Assembly: GCA_964361405.1 (NCBI GenBank)
Contig: CAYIAA010000003.1
Coordinates: 4,146-68,145, forward strand
Length of the DNA stretch: 64,000 nucleotides
DNA from: an uncultured Candidatus Saccharibacteria bacterium
GTDB taxonomy: Bacteria; Patescibacteriota; Minisyncoccia; Phycocordibacterales; UBA3531
Reading direction: 5' to 3'
Shown: piece by piece, positions 55,933 through 64,000 of the stretch
Position numbering within the stretch: position 1 is the first letter of the stretch
How the letters are laid out: each line of letters opens with the position of its first letter
Translations under genes and position numbers: made by a program
Notes under the pieces: model-generated
Database searches by the model: none
What the model saw: the letters and a program-made list of their open reading frames with translations, nothing else
What the model was told of the DNA's origin: nothing

Positions 55933-57141
55933 GTGGAGATAATTACTGACGCATCTAAAATCGAGGAACTTTTAACGCGGGGTATTGAGGACAGTATCCA
56001 GCGTGAACATCTTCTGGATAAACTCTCGCGAGGAGTAAAACTCAAAATAAAATTCGGTATTGACCCCACATCGCCCCATATTCATCTGGGAAGAGCGGTA
56101 CCACTTCGAAAACTCCGTCGCTTTCAGGAGTTGGGGCATGAAATCATACTTGTGGTTGGGGACTTTACCGCGCAGATCGGAGACCCTTCTGATAAACTAC
56201 TCCGCCGCCCCATGCTCTCCGAGGACGATGTTCACACCAACATGAAAGGATACAAAGAAACCCTCGGAAAAATCCTTGATATCGACTCCGTTACCTTCCT
56301 CTATAACAGCTCGTGGCTCACAGGGCTTTCCATGAAAAAGCTTACCGAACTTGCCGAAATTTTTTCAGTTCAACAGATGCTTGCGCGAAGAAATTTTAAA
56401 ACTCGCTATGAAACAGGAACTGAAATCAGCTTACGGGAGTTTCTCTACCCGATTTTTCAAGGGTATGACTCATTCCATATCGCGAGCGATGTTGAAATTG
56501 GCGGGTCTGACCAACTGTTTAATTTAAAAGCGGGGAGGACTATTCAGAAATATCTGGGGCAGAGCGAGCAAGACATCCTCACGACGAAAATGCTCCGCGG
56601 TACTGACGGCAGGAAAATGTCGAGTGCGTGGGGAAATGTGATTTCCATCTCCGATGCGCCACAGGAAATGTTTGGCCGGACTATGTCACTACGCGACGAA
56701 CTTATCGGAGAATACCTTCTTCTCTCAACCGACACATTACTTTCAGAGATTAAAGAACACGAAAAAGGAATCGAAGATGGGCACGTCAACCCAAGAGACG
56801 TAAAACTTCTCCTTGCGGAGAGAATAGTCGCGCTCTACCACGGCGCGGGAGCCGCCCAATTCGCCCGGGAGGCATTTCTCGATACGTTTAGTCGCGGAAA
56901 ACCAAAAGAGACCGAGGCAATACTCGCACGAAAGGACGAGCGACTTGAAGATGTGCTTCTTAAACACAAAATTGTTTCTTCGCGGAGTAGTTTGCGCCGG
57001 CTTCTCTTGGCCGGTGCGATTCGGGTGTACCGAGACGGTATTGAAACACCACTTTCGAATCTTAGCGGGGCAGTCGAAGAAGAAATGCTTGTCCGTGTGG
57101 GGAAAAAAAAGTTCATCACCATAAAAAACCCCCCGCTCTAG
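55933..57141 (+). CDS. tyrS: Tyrosyl-tRNA synthetase
   Basis: HIHLG (HIGH), GDFTAQIGDPS, KMSSA (KMSKS), C-terminal S4 domain. Confidence 0.9.
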   Translation: MEIITDASKIEELLTRGIEDSIQREHLLDKLSRGVKLKIKFGIDPTSPHIHLGRAVPLRKLRRFQELGHEIILVVGDFTAQIGDPSDKLLRRPMLSEDDVHTNMKGYKETLGKILDIDSVTFLYNSSWLTGLSMKKLTELAEIFSVQQMLARRNFKTRYETGTEISLREFLYPIFQGYDSFHIASDVEIGGSDQLFNLKAGRTIQKYLGQSEQDILTTKMLRGTDGRKMSSAWGNVISISDAPQEMFGRTMSLRDELIGEYLLLSTDTLLSEIKEHEKGIEDGHVNPRDVKLLLAERIVALYHGAGAAQFAREAFLDTFSRGKPKETEAILARKDERLEDVLLKHKIVSSRSSLRRLLLAGAIRVYRDGIETPLSNLSGAVEEEMLVRVGKKKFITIKNPPL

Positions 57142-57149
57142 GCGGGGGG
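57121..57149 (-). terminator. Rho-independent terminator for the minus-strand ruvC-side transcript (the tyrS stop codon lies in its loop)
   Basis: ccccccgc-tctag-gcgggggg; T-tract only on the minus strand. Confidence 0.5.
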
Positions 57150-57168
57150 CAGGGACCACTCGCAGACC

Positions 57169-57321
57169 TTATTCTTCAAGCGGGTCCACGCTGTCGTCTG
57201 TCTTTTCTTCTTCGTCGCCCTTATTGCCGACTACCGCCTCACCCTCGACGGGAGAATCGTCGTCTCGGAAGATATCATCGTCGGGCACGGGAAGAGCATA
57301 TACTGAAATCATAGTATTCAT
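57169..57321 (-). CDS. Possible small acidic protein (50 aa)
   Basis: My own translation: MNTMISVYALPVPDDDIFRDDDSPVEGEAVVGNKGDEEEKTDDSVDPLEE. It lies between ruvC and the terminator; no SD sequence seen. Confidence 0.2.
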   Translation of the reverse strand: MNTMISVYALPVPDDDIFRDDDSPVEGEAVVGNKGDEEEKTDDSVDPLEE

Positions 57322-57387
57322 GCTAGGTTATTAAAAGTTAAAACGACCTTCCCCTATTAGGGTGTACATATTCTCGTAGAAAAAAAA

Positions 57388-57897
57388 TTACTTTTCAATA
57401 CCTTCACCAGTCTTCTGTGGATAAAGACGTTTTCTCTCGGCGATGGCGGTAAGGGCGAGAGCGATTGCATCGCACTCATCGTCCGAGCGTGGTACTTGTG
57501 GAAGCGCGAGGAGGGTTCTAACCATACGCGCCACTTGTCCTTTGTCCGCCTTTCCGTAGCCGGTTACGGTGAGTTTCACTTCAAGCGGGGTAAACTCAAG
57601 AATCGGAACACTGAGTTTCCCTGCAAGGTAGAGAATAACGCCCCGTGCTTCCGACACACCCATTGCGGTTTTTTGGTTTTTTGAAAAATAAAGTCGCTCG
57701 GTGGCGAGAATATCGGGCGACCACGCTTTGATAATCCGTTCGATTTCCTCCCCTATATACCGGAGACGAGAGGGTGTGGGGTCGCGCGGGTCAGTTTCAA
57801 TACAAGACGAATAAAGAAGACGCTCTTTTTCGTGTATACGCTCTACTATCGCGACGCCAAGGCGCCCGTATCCCGGATCAACACCAAATGCTTTCAT
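57388..57897 (-). CDS. ruvC: Holliday junction resolvase RuvC
   Basis: FGVDPGYGRLGVAIVE...ATERLYF...ECDAIALAL are the catalytic acidic residues. Confidence 0.9.
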   Translation of the reverse strand: MKAFGVDPGYGRLGVAIVERIHEKERLLYSSCIETDPRDPTPSRLRYIGEEIERIIKAWSPDILATERLYFSKNQKTAMGVSEARGVILYLAGKLSVPILEFTPLEVKLTVTGYGKADKGQVARMVRTLLALPQVPRSDDECDAIALALTAIAERKRLYPQKTGEGIEK

Positions 57898-58436
57898 GCT
57901 TGTTCGAGAGGAGTGTTGGTGAAAACATCCTCGACATCATCGAGAGTGCGTAAGTTTTCTATTAAAGACAAGAGTTTCTGGTGATCGAGAGCAGAAATTT
58001 GAATGGTGTTAAGCGGAACAAATTTACCCCCATCTTTTTTGAATGCCCAGAGTGCGGACCCCTCTCCCGCAAGAGAGAGTTCGTGGCGAGAGAGACACTG
58101 TTTTATTTCCGCCAATGTTTTGTTTTTTCTATCGGTGAGGGTCGAAACGAGTATTGCCGTTCCACCTGGTCCATAGACCTCGCACACGAGTTCCTCAACA
58201 AGAGCGCCTTCCGATGAGAGTCCTCGTGTCACCGCACGGTCGATATTTTCGGATGGAAGATTTACGGCGCGAGCTCGGAGAATCGCACTGCGGAGCCCCG
58301 GGCTCTCGCGAGCACCGGCGGCTTTTTTTGATTCAAGCGTTATGGTGCGCGAAAGTATTGAAAAAAGTTTGCTTTTCTTTACGTCCTCAACCGCTTTTTT
58401 ATTTTTTATTTTTGACCACTTGTTGTGTCCTGACAT
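57894..58436 (-). CDS. yebC: YebC/PmpR-family regulator (short form, 180 aa)
   Basis: MSGHNKWSKIKNKKA... is a YebC N-terminus. Confidence 0.8.
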   Translation of the reverse strand: MSGHNKWSKIKNKKAVEDVKKSKLFSILSRTITLESKKAAGARESPGLRSAILRARAVNLPSENIDRAVTRGLSSEGALVEELVCEVYGPGGTAILVSTLTDRKNKTLAEIKQCLSRHELSLAGEGSALWAFKKDGGKFVPLNTIQISALDHQKLLSLIENLRTLDDVEDVFTNTPLEQA

Positions 58437-58448
58437 GGTGCTAGGGGG

Positions 58449-59462
58449 CTAGAGAAGCGTATCTTGCTTTGAAGGGAGGGATAGAAGACCAAGATGTGTA
58501 TGCGCATCCTTAGTTGTGGTTCTCCCGCGGGGAGTGCGCTCAAGAAAGCCCAGTTGAATCAGATACGGCTCGACAACCTCTTCGATGGTTGCCTCCTCTT
58601 CACTTACTGCGGCGGCAATCGTGCCGAGACCGACGGGACCTCCGCCGAATTTCTCAATAATGGTTTCTAAAACTTTCCTGTCAAGAAGCGTGAGTCCTCG
58701 TTCGTCAACACCTAAAAGGCGAAGCGCATCGACAACAGCTTCTCGGTTTAAGGGTTGTCGCCCGACTTGGGCAAAATCCCGCGCTCGTTTCAAAAGATGG
58801 TTCGCAATCCTCGGCGTCGCGCGGCTCCGTTTGGCAATCTCAAGTGCCGCATTTTGGGGAAGCGCGACGCCGAGGATTTTCGCGCTACGGTTGATGATTT
58901 CCGTAATCTCGCTGTCGGAGTAGAAATCGAGTCGGAACGTTCCTCCCGAGAATCGCGACCGGAGAGGTGCGGAAAGAAGTGCAATGCGGGTTGTCGCGGC
59001 AATAAGGGTAAAGGGAGGTAATTCGAGTTGGATTGTCCGCGCGCCGGCCCCCTTACCAATAATGATATTTAAGGACCCGGATTCCATCGCTGGATACAGA
59101 ACTTCCTCAACAAGTTTATTGAGGCGGTGAATTTCGTCGATAAAAAGAATGTCTCCCGGGGAAAGATTGGTAAGTACACTCGCGAGATCTCCGACACGCT
59201 CAACGGCGGGACCGGAGGTCATTTTTATTTGCGCCCCCATTTCTTTCGCCACCAAATGCGCCAGTGTTGTTTTCCCGAGACCCGGCGATCCGTAGAAAAG
59301 AAGGTGTTCCGGAGCATGTCCTCGCTCGCGCGCCGCAGAGAGAAGAATGTGGAGATTTTCTTTGACAGCACGCTGCCCAATATAATCGTCCCAGCGGGAA
59401 GGGCGGAGGGTTGAGTCGAGGAAAATGTCCTCGGAGGGCTCGTTTGTAGGGTTACTTGACAT
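58449..59462 (-). CDS. ruvB: Holliday junction branch-migration ATPase RuvB
   Basis: AAA+ core [23 protein letters not shown] with a RuvB C-terminal winged helix. Confidence 0.9.
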   Translation of the reverse strand: MSSNPTNEPSEDIFLDSTLRPSRWDDYIGQRAVKENLHILLSAARERGHAPEHLLFYGSPGLGKTTLAHLVAKEMGAQIKMTSGPAVERVGDLASVLTNLSPGDILFIDEIHRLNKLVEEVLYPAMESGSLNIIIGKGAGARTIQLELPPFTLIAATTRIALLSAPLRSRFSGGTFRLDFYSDSEITEIINRSAKILGVALPQNAALEIAKRSRATPRIANHLLKRARDFAQVGRQPLNREAVVDALRLLGVDERGLTLLDRKVLETIIEKFGGGPVGLGTIAAAVSEEEATIEEVVEPYLIQLGFLERTPRGRTTTKDAHTHLGLLSLPSKQDTLL

Positions 59463-59674
59463 AAATATATTTTTATGCTAGCCTAATCTAAACAGTGAAC
59501 ATTGAATTTATGAGGCTAGAAATCTCCAAGCAATCTGTCGCAAGGCATACAGGGTCTCTTGAGAGGACACTCTGGTTACCCCTTCGGGGTGTGTACTGGG
59601 GTTATCCTTTTGGGAGGTTTTGACTTTTGACCTCCGGGCCGGAAGAGATTACTTGGAGATTTTTGGCCTTTTTC

Positions 59675-61354
59675 TCACTCCTCCTTTAAGTACACCGCCT
59701 TCCCCACCTCTTCGAGCGTCGTGACGCCGTCGAGCACCTTTATTAAACCATCCTCACTCATTTTTAACAGCCCTTGGGAATCCGCAGCCTTTTCGATATC
59801 GTGTTCGCTCGGGTTCTTGAGAATCGCTTCTCGGACGGCATCGTCGGTCAGGATTCCTTCAAAAATTCCAATCCTACCTTTGAAGCCTGTTTTATTGCAT
59901 CGATCGCATCCGACCGATCGCCAGACCGATCGCTTTTCGATTCCACTCACCCGTTCCCGAAATTCGCTTGGCACGTTCTCGACGAGCGGACGCACTACTT
60001 CAAGCTCCGCTTCCGTCAACGTATCTTTTTTTTTGCAGACTTCGCAGAGTTTTCTGACGAGGCGTTGTGCGAGTGAGATATTCAAAGCGTCGCCGAGGAT
60101 TTTTGTCTCGACACCGAGACCAAGGAGCCTCGGTATGGTGCCCGCCGCATTATTGGTATGAAGTGTCGAGAAAACAAGGTGTCCGGTCTGTGCCGCATTC
60201 ACCGCAACTTTTGCGGTTTCTCCATCTCTGATTTCTCCCACCATAATCATGTCGGGGTCTTGGCGAAGCGCAGAGCGGAGCCCTTCGAGAAAACCATACC
60301 CTTTTTTCGTTTGTGTTTGCGTGATGCCATCGAGGTGGTACTCAACCGGGTCTTCAATCGTGATGATTTTAATTTCCGGGTCATTCACTGTGGTAAGGAA
60401 TGAGTAGAGTGTTGTTGTCTTTCCTGACCCCGTGGGGCCCGTGGTAAGTATCATTCCGTGCGGCCTTCTGATTTGGTCCTTAAGGATTCCGAGGAGTTTC
60501 GGTTCGATGCCGAGGGAGGTAAGGTCGAGCGAGACGGTCTTTGGATTGAGTAGCCGAAGCACGATAGATTCTCCGAAAGCTCCGGGAATGATCGAGGTTC
60601 TGATTTCTATGTCGTTATCTTTTATCCGAATACTCATCCGCCCATCCTGTGCTTCTTTTTTTATGTTCAGTTTGAGCCCGGAGAGGATTTTTATTCGAGA
60701 CAAAATGAGGTGATACACGTCGTGCGGGAGATCTATTACGTCGTGGAGTACGCCATCGAGGCGGACTCGGATTCGCGTGGCAACCTCTTCCGGTTCGAAA
60801 TGGATATCCGAAGCGTTCGTAGCAATGGCGCCGGCGGCAAGAATCTCGATAATGCGGGAGACTTTTTGTGCCCGGTTTTTCTCCGCCATCTCGCTTGAAA
60901 TGAGAGCCCGGATGTCTTCGGTAGTGTTGATTTTATCCGCGAATTCAATGAGGCGCTCATTCGAGATTTCCATGACACCCTCGGTCGATTTTGTGGCGAG
61001 TGAAAGTTCTCGATAGCGTTCCCACGCTTTTTCCAAACTTCGATTGCTCACCAGAAAGATTTTTACAGTAAAACCTTTTTCTTCAAGTTTTTTCAAAAGG
61101 GCCCGTGCTTTAGCGTTGTTGGGTGTTAGGATGCCGACGTCAAGTTTTTTTCCTCTTGCTTGAAAAACAGTGATTTTTCCCGCCCGCGCATCTACCTCGG
61201 AGAGCATCTGAACTGCCTCAACGGAGACGGGAACAATGGCGAGATCGGTGTACGAGACGCCGTATTTTTTCGCGAGCGTCATTGAGAGTTCCTCGGCTTC
61301 TTGTAGCCGGATTTCCTCGAGTTCTCCTTCTTTGATCCCCTTTTCAAATGCCAT
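59675..61354 (-). CDS. Second GspE/PilB-family secretion ATPase
   Basis: 559 aa; Walker A TTGPTGSGKTT; C-terminal tetracysteine CEVC...CDRC. Confidence 0.85.
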   Translation of the reverse strand: MAFEKGIKEGELEEIRLQEAEELSMTLAKKYGVSYTDLAIVPVSVEAVQMLSEVDARAGKITVFQARGKKLDVGILTPNNAKARALLKKLEEKGFTVKIFLVSNRSLEKAWERYRELSLATKSTEGVMEISNERLIEFADKINTTEDIRALISSEMAEKNRAQKVSRIIEILAAGAIATNASDIHFEPEEVATRIRVRLDGVLHDVIDLPHDVYHLILSRIKILSGLKLNIKKEAQDGRMSIRIKDNDIEIRTSIIPGAFGESIVLRLLNPKTVSLDLTSLGIEPKLLGILKDQIRRPHGMILTTGPTGSGKTTTLYSFLTTVNDPEIKIITIEDPVEYHLDGITQTQTKKGYGFLEGLRSALRQDPDMIMVGEIRDGETAKVAVNAAQTGHLVFSTLHTNNAAGTIPRLLGLGVETKILGDALNISLAQRLVRKLCEVCKKKDTLTEAELEVVRPLVENVPSEFRERVSGIEKRSVWRSVGCDRCNKTGFKGRIGIFEGILTDDAVREAILKNPSEHDIEKAADSQGLLKMSEDGLIKVLDGVTTLEEVGKAVYLKEE

Positions 61355-61407
61355 AAAAGGCAGTATAGCACCGTTTTTGGGCCTGTGGTTGGGCGGCTAA
61401 GGGGTAC

Positions 61408-61436
61408 TTGACAAAATTGCCCCAATATACTATACT
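61408..61436 (+). promoter_or_regulatory. Consensus sigma70 promoter TTGACA-17-TATACT
   Basis: TTGACA at 61408-61413, 17-nt spacer, TATACT at 61431-61436; the ORF-track start at 61408 is in fact the -35 TTG. Confidence 0.5.
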
Positions 61437-61497
61437 AAAAACAGATTGCAGACTACAGAGGGAGTTCCGAGAAATCGGCTCCCGAGGAGGCTTGAAA

Positions 61498-61893
61498 ATG
61501 TATCGTTTTCTATTCATTCTCTTCTTCGTGGTGTTTCTCTCGGCGTGCACTGGAACGATTCCGGGTTCGACCTACCCCACGTCGGGCAGGGTCCGCGAGT
61601 CCGGCCAAACGGTCTATCAGAACGTCGAGATCACCGACCGGCAGATCGTGGCTTGCCCCTTCTTTCACGAAGGCATGACCCCCGAGGAGGTGCGTAAGTT
61701 CCGTGCTTGCCATGACAACTACCTGCGCTGGTACAAGGCCGGACTTGCCCAGCAGCGTGAGGATGAGCGACAAGAGCTTGCTCGACGTCGCCAGACGGGA
61801 CGCGAGGTTGATGACGTGGTCAAGCGTACTCGCAAGGGAGTCGACACATTCGGTAGGGTGGTCGCCATCTTCGATCGGCATCGTCGTCACTAG
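61498..61893 (+). CDS. GC-rich lipoprotein (lipobox LSAC)
   Basis: GAGGAGG SD 7 nt before the ATG; MYRFLFILFFVVFLSAC signal; about 60-65% GC versus roughly 45-50% in neighbours. Confidence 0.5.
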   Translation: MYRFLFILFFVVFLSACTGTIPGSTYPTSGRVRESGQTVYQNVEITDRQIVACPFFHEGMTPEEVRKFRACHDNYLRWYKAGLAQQREDERQELARRRQTGREVDDVVKRTRKGVDTFGRVVAIFDRHRRH

Positions 61894-61918
61894 CAGTCGG
61901 GAGGAGGTGAATCATAAC

Positions 61919-61951
61919 AGGGCCCGTTTCGAAAGAGACGGGCCCTTTTTC
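61919..61951 (+). terminator. Rho-independent terminator after the lipoprotein gene
   Basis: agggcccgt-ttcgaaagag-acgggccct followed by TTTTT. Confidence 0.6.
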
Positions 61952-61983
61952 TACCCCCTTACCCCGAGTGCTACAATGGCTCC

Positions 61984-62427
61984 ATGAAGGGAAAACGGAT
62001 ATCCGGAAGCGAGGAAGAAACATACGAACTCGCTGAAGAATTCCTTCGAGACATAGATACAAACCCCCCGAGCGGTGCCACGGTTATTGCTCTCTCTGGA
62101 GAACTTGGATCAGGGAAAACGGTTTTCGTCCGGGGTATTGCCCGCGCGCTTGGTATTGAGGACACCGTTCAGAGCCCCACCTTTGTCCTCGAGCGGATGT
62201 ACGAAATAGAAAATCATCCGCAGTTTAAAAAACTTATTCACATTGACACCTACCGAATGGATCATTCGAACGAACTTGGAAGTCTCGGATGGAATGAGAT
62301 CATCGCCGATGCCAAGAATTTGATATGTGTTGAGTGGGCCGAGCGGGTAGAGGATTTGCTTCCGCCGGAAACAAGGAAAGTGCACTGTATTTTTATTGAC
62401 GAGAACAAACGGGACATCCAATGGTGA
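61984..62427 (+). CDS. tsaE: tRNA t6A37 biosynthesis ATPase TsaE
   Basis: P-loop SGELGSGKT; SPTF motif. Confidence 0.85.
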   Translation: MKGKRISGSEEETYELAEEFLRDIDTNPPSGATVIALSGELGSGKTVFVRGIARALGIEDTVQSPTFVLERMYEIENHPQFKKLIHIDTYRMDHSNELGSLGWNEIIADAKNLICVEWAERVEDLLPPETRKVHCIFIDENKRDIQW

Positions 62428-64000
62428 AAAAATCCGGCACGAATAACAAAATTCTCGTTCTCCTTGATACACATGCCATCATTCATCGCGCGTATCACGC
62501 TCTGCCTGAATTTACCTCCGCTTCCGGCGAGCCGACCGGCGCCTTATACGGACTCGTTGCAATGTTACTCAAGATTATTCGCGACTTGAAACCTGATTAC
62601 GTTGTTGCCTGCTACGACCTCCCAAAACCGACTTTCCGCCACGCGGTTTACGTTGACTATAAAGCCGGACGCCCCAAGGCGGACCCTTCACTCGTGGCAC
62701 AAATCAAACGCTCACGAGATGTGCTCAAAGGATTCGGCATTCCAATCTATGAACTTGAAGGTTTCGAAGCCGATGACATCATTGGAACGATTACGGAAAA
62801 ACTCTCGGGTGAAAAAAATATCGACACCATCATCGCTTCCGGCGACATGGATACGCTCCAGCTTGTTCGTAAAAAAGAGGTGCGTGTTTACACTCTGAAA
62901 AAGGGGATACAGAATACGATAATCTACGATGAAGAAGCAGTTCGCGAACGCTTCGGTTTTGGACCCGAGCTTTTACCGGACTACAAAGGCCTTGCAGGGG
63001 ACCCATCGGACAATATCAAAGGTATTGCCGGCATCGGAACAAAAACTGCAACCGAGCTTATTACAGAGTTCGGTACGCTCGAAGAACTTTTTAGAGAGCT
63101 CAAAAAGAACCCCACATCGCTCAAAAAACGAGGTGTTAAAGATCGGGTGATTATGTTGCTTACCGAAGGAAGAGAAGATGCACTTTTCTCGAAAGTGCTT
63201 GCAGAAATTCGCCGGGACGCACCAATTACATTTACCATTCCCAGGAAAACATGGAGGGAGTCGTTTGACGTGGCCCAGGCAAAAAAAATCCTTTCAGAGT
63301 TCGGTTTTAGGAGTCTTACGGCGCGTCTCCTTGAAATTTTTCCCGCGCCGTCTCCCTCGGGCACAGCCCTGCCGGCAGTAGACCTACGGGCGAGTCTCTT
63401 GGACAGCGTAGAGAGTAATGAAAGTGTTGTTGCGAAAGAGCTGGACCCCGAGGAACTCAAGGATACCGCGCTCGCGCTCTGGGTTCTTGATTCGCATATG
63501 ACGAGCCCCTCGCTCGAAGATATTCTTCTCTACGCGAAAACCGAGGATTTTAAAAAGGCACAGAAAAAAATTTTTGATGAGCTCAAACGGACCAAACTCG
63601 ACCGTATCTATGAAACCATCGAGAAGCCGCTCATGCCAGTACTTGGTAGGGTTGAGGAGCGAGGAGTCTTAATCGATATCCCATACCTCAAATCACTTTC
63701 CGAAAAACATCACACCGAACTCAAAATTCTGGAGGGTAAGATATGGAAGCATGCGGGAGAAGAGTTCAATATCAATTCCCCCAAACAGCTCGGAGATATC
63801 ATCTTCGAAAAAATGAAATTGGGGGATTCGAAGACAAAGAAAACACCGACCGGAGGGAAATCAACTCGCGCCTCCGAGCTCGAGAAGCTTCTAGGGAAAC
63901 ACCCGATTATTGAGGCGCTTCTTGCGTATCGCGAAATCCAAAAACTCGTTTCAACCTACATCGATACGATACCGGAAATGGTTGATGCAAATAACCGTCT
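62421..64000 (+). CDS. polA: DNA polymerase I, 5'-3' exonuclease domain and start of polymerase domain (partial, runs off the window)
   Basis: My own translation: MVKKSGTNNKILVLLDTHAIIHRAYHALP...GIPIYELEGFEADDIIGT...GIAGIGTKTA; overlaps the tsaE stop (ATGGTGA). Confidence 0.85.
   Translation, partial: MVKKSGTNNKILVLLDTHAIIHRAYHALPEFTSASGEPTGALYGLVAMLLKIIRDLKPDYVVACYDLPKPTFRHAVYVDYKAGRPKADPSLVAQIKRSRDVLKGFGIPIYELEGFEADDIIGTITEKLSGEKNIDTIIASGDMDTLQLVRKKEVRVYTLKKGIQNTIIYDEEAVRERFGFGPELLPDYKGLAGDPSDNIKGIAGIGTKTATELITEFGTLEELFRELKKNPTSLKKRGVKDRVIMLLTEGREDALFSKVLAEIRRDAPITFTIPRKTWRESFDVAQAKKILSEFGFRSLTARLLEIFPAPSPSGTALPAVDLRASLLDSVESNESVVAKELDPEELKDTALALWVLDSHMTSPSLEDILLYAKTEDFKKAQKKIFDELKRTKLDRIYETIEKPLMPVLGRVEERGVLIDIPYLKSLSEKHHTELKILEGKIWKHAGEEFNINSPKQLGDIIFEKMKLGDSKTKKTPTGGKSTRASELEKLLGKHPIIEALLAYREIQKLVSTYIDTIPEMVDANNR

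Noticed and set aside
61408-61497. ORF-track N-terminal extension (MTKLPQYTILKTD...) of the lipoprotein gene
   Set aside because: Its TTG 'start' is the -35 hexamer of a consensus promoter, and the extension runs through the -10 box and the SD. The real start is the ATG at 61498 after GAGGAGG.
1-64000. CRISPR arrays, IS/transposase genes, reverse transcriptase/DGR, toxin-antitoxin pairs
   Set aside because: No direct-repeat/spacer periodicity was seen. No ORF with transposase, reverse transcriptase or toxin-antitoxin hallmarks was seen.

Overview
This 64-kb window looks like a compact, low-biosynthesis bacterial chromosome segment. The gene set resembles Patescibacteria/CPR (Parcubacteria-like), but that assignment is an inference. 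Evidence for it: small information-processing genes, type IV pilus and competence genes, tRNA genes without an encoded CCA next to a CCA-adding enzyme gene, and a VirB4/VirB6/PrgI-type secretion-like cluster. The window appears to span the replication origin: rpmH-rnpA-yidD-yidC on the minus strand diverge from dnaA-dnaN on the plus strand, and the dnaA-dnaN spacer carries repeated DnaA-box-like 8-mers plus an AT-rich stretch. Recognisable content from left to right: comEC, rnhA, recJ, HIT; a pilB-pilC-tpiA-pgk operon; nusA, ppa, clpP, DsbA-like, rny, hup; a minus-strand tRNA cluster (Gly-TCC, Pro-TGG, Gly-GCC, Leu-CAG, Arg-TCG) with yraN; cca, a Xer-type recombinase, rpsO, an NYN protein, pnp; two uncharacterised coiled-coil and membrane proteins; DksA-like, comM, an M23/LysM peptidase, a UvrD-like helicase, rsmA, DUF192; a secretion-like cluster of about 12 kb (36.7-48.7 kb); yidC/yidD/rnpA/rpmH; dnaA, dnaN, PBP1A, tyrS, ruvC/yebC/ruvB, a second PilB-like ATPase, a GC-rich lipoprotein, tsaE, and the 5' part of polA. 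The most unusual items are a nested and disrupted tRNA-Pro locus, tRNAs embedded in long perfect hairpins, a secreted protein with five cysteine-rich repeats in an envelope operon, a VirB4 ATPase split across two frames, and a compositionally foreign lipoprotein gene with a consensus promoter. No CRISPR array, IS element, rRNA or reverse transcriptase was seen. Coordinates of internal start codons I propose may be off by 1-2 nt: around 24.0 kb my reading of the sequence disagreed with the supplied ORF translations by one base.
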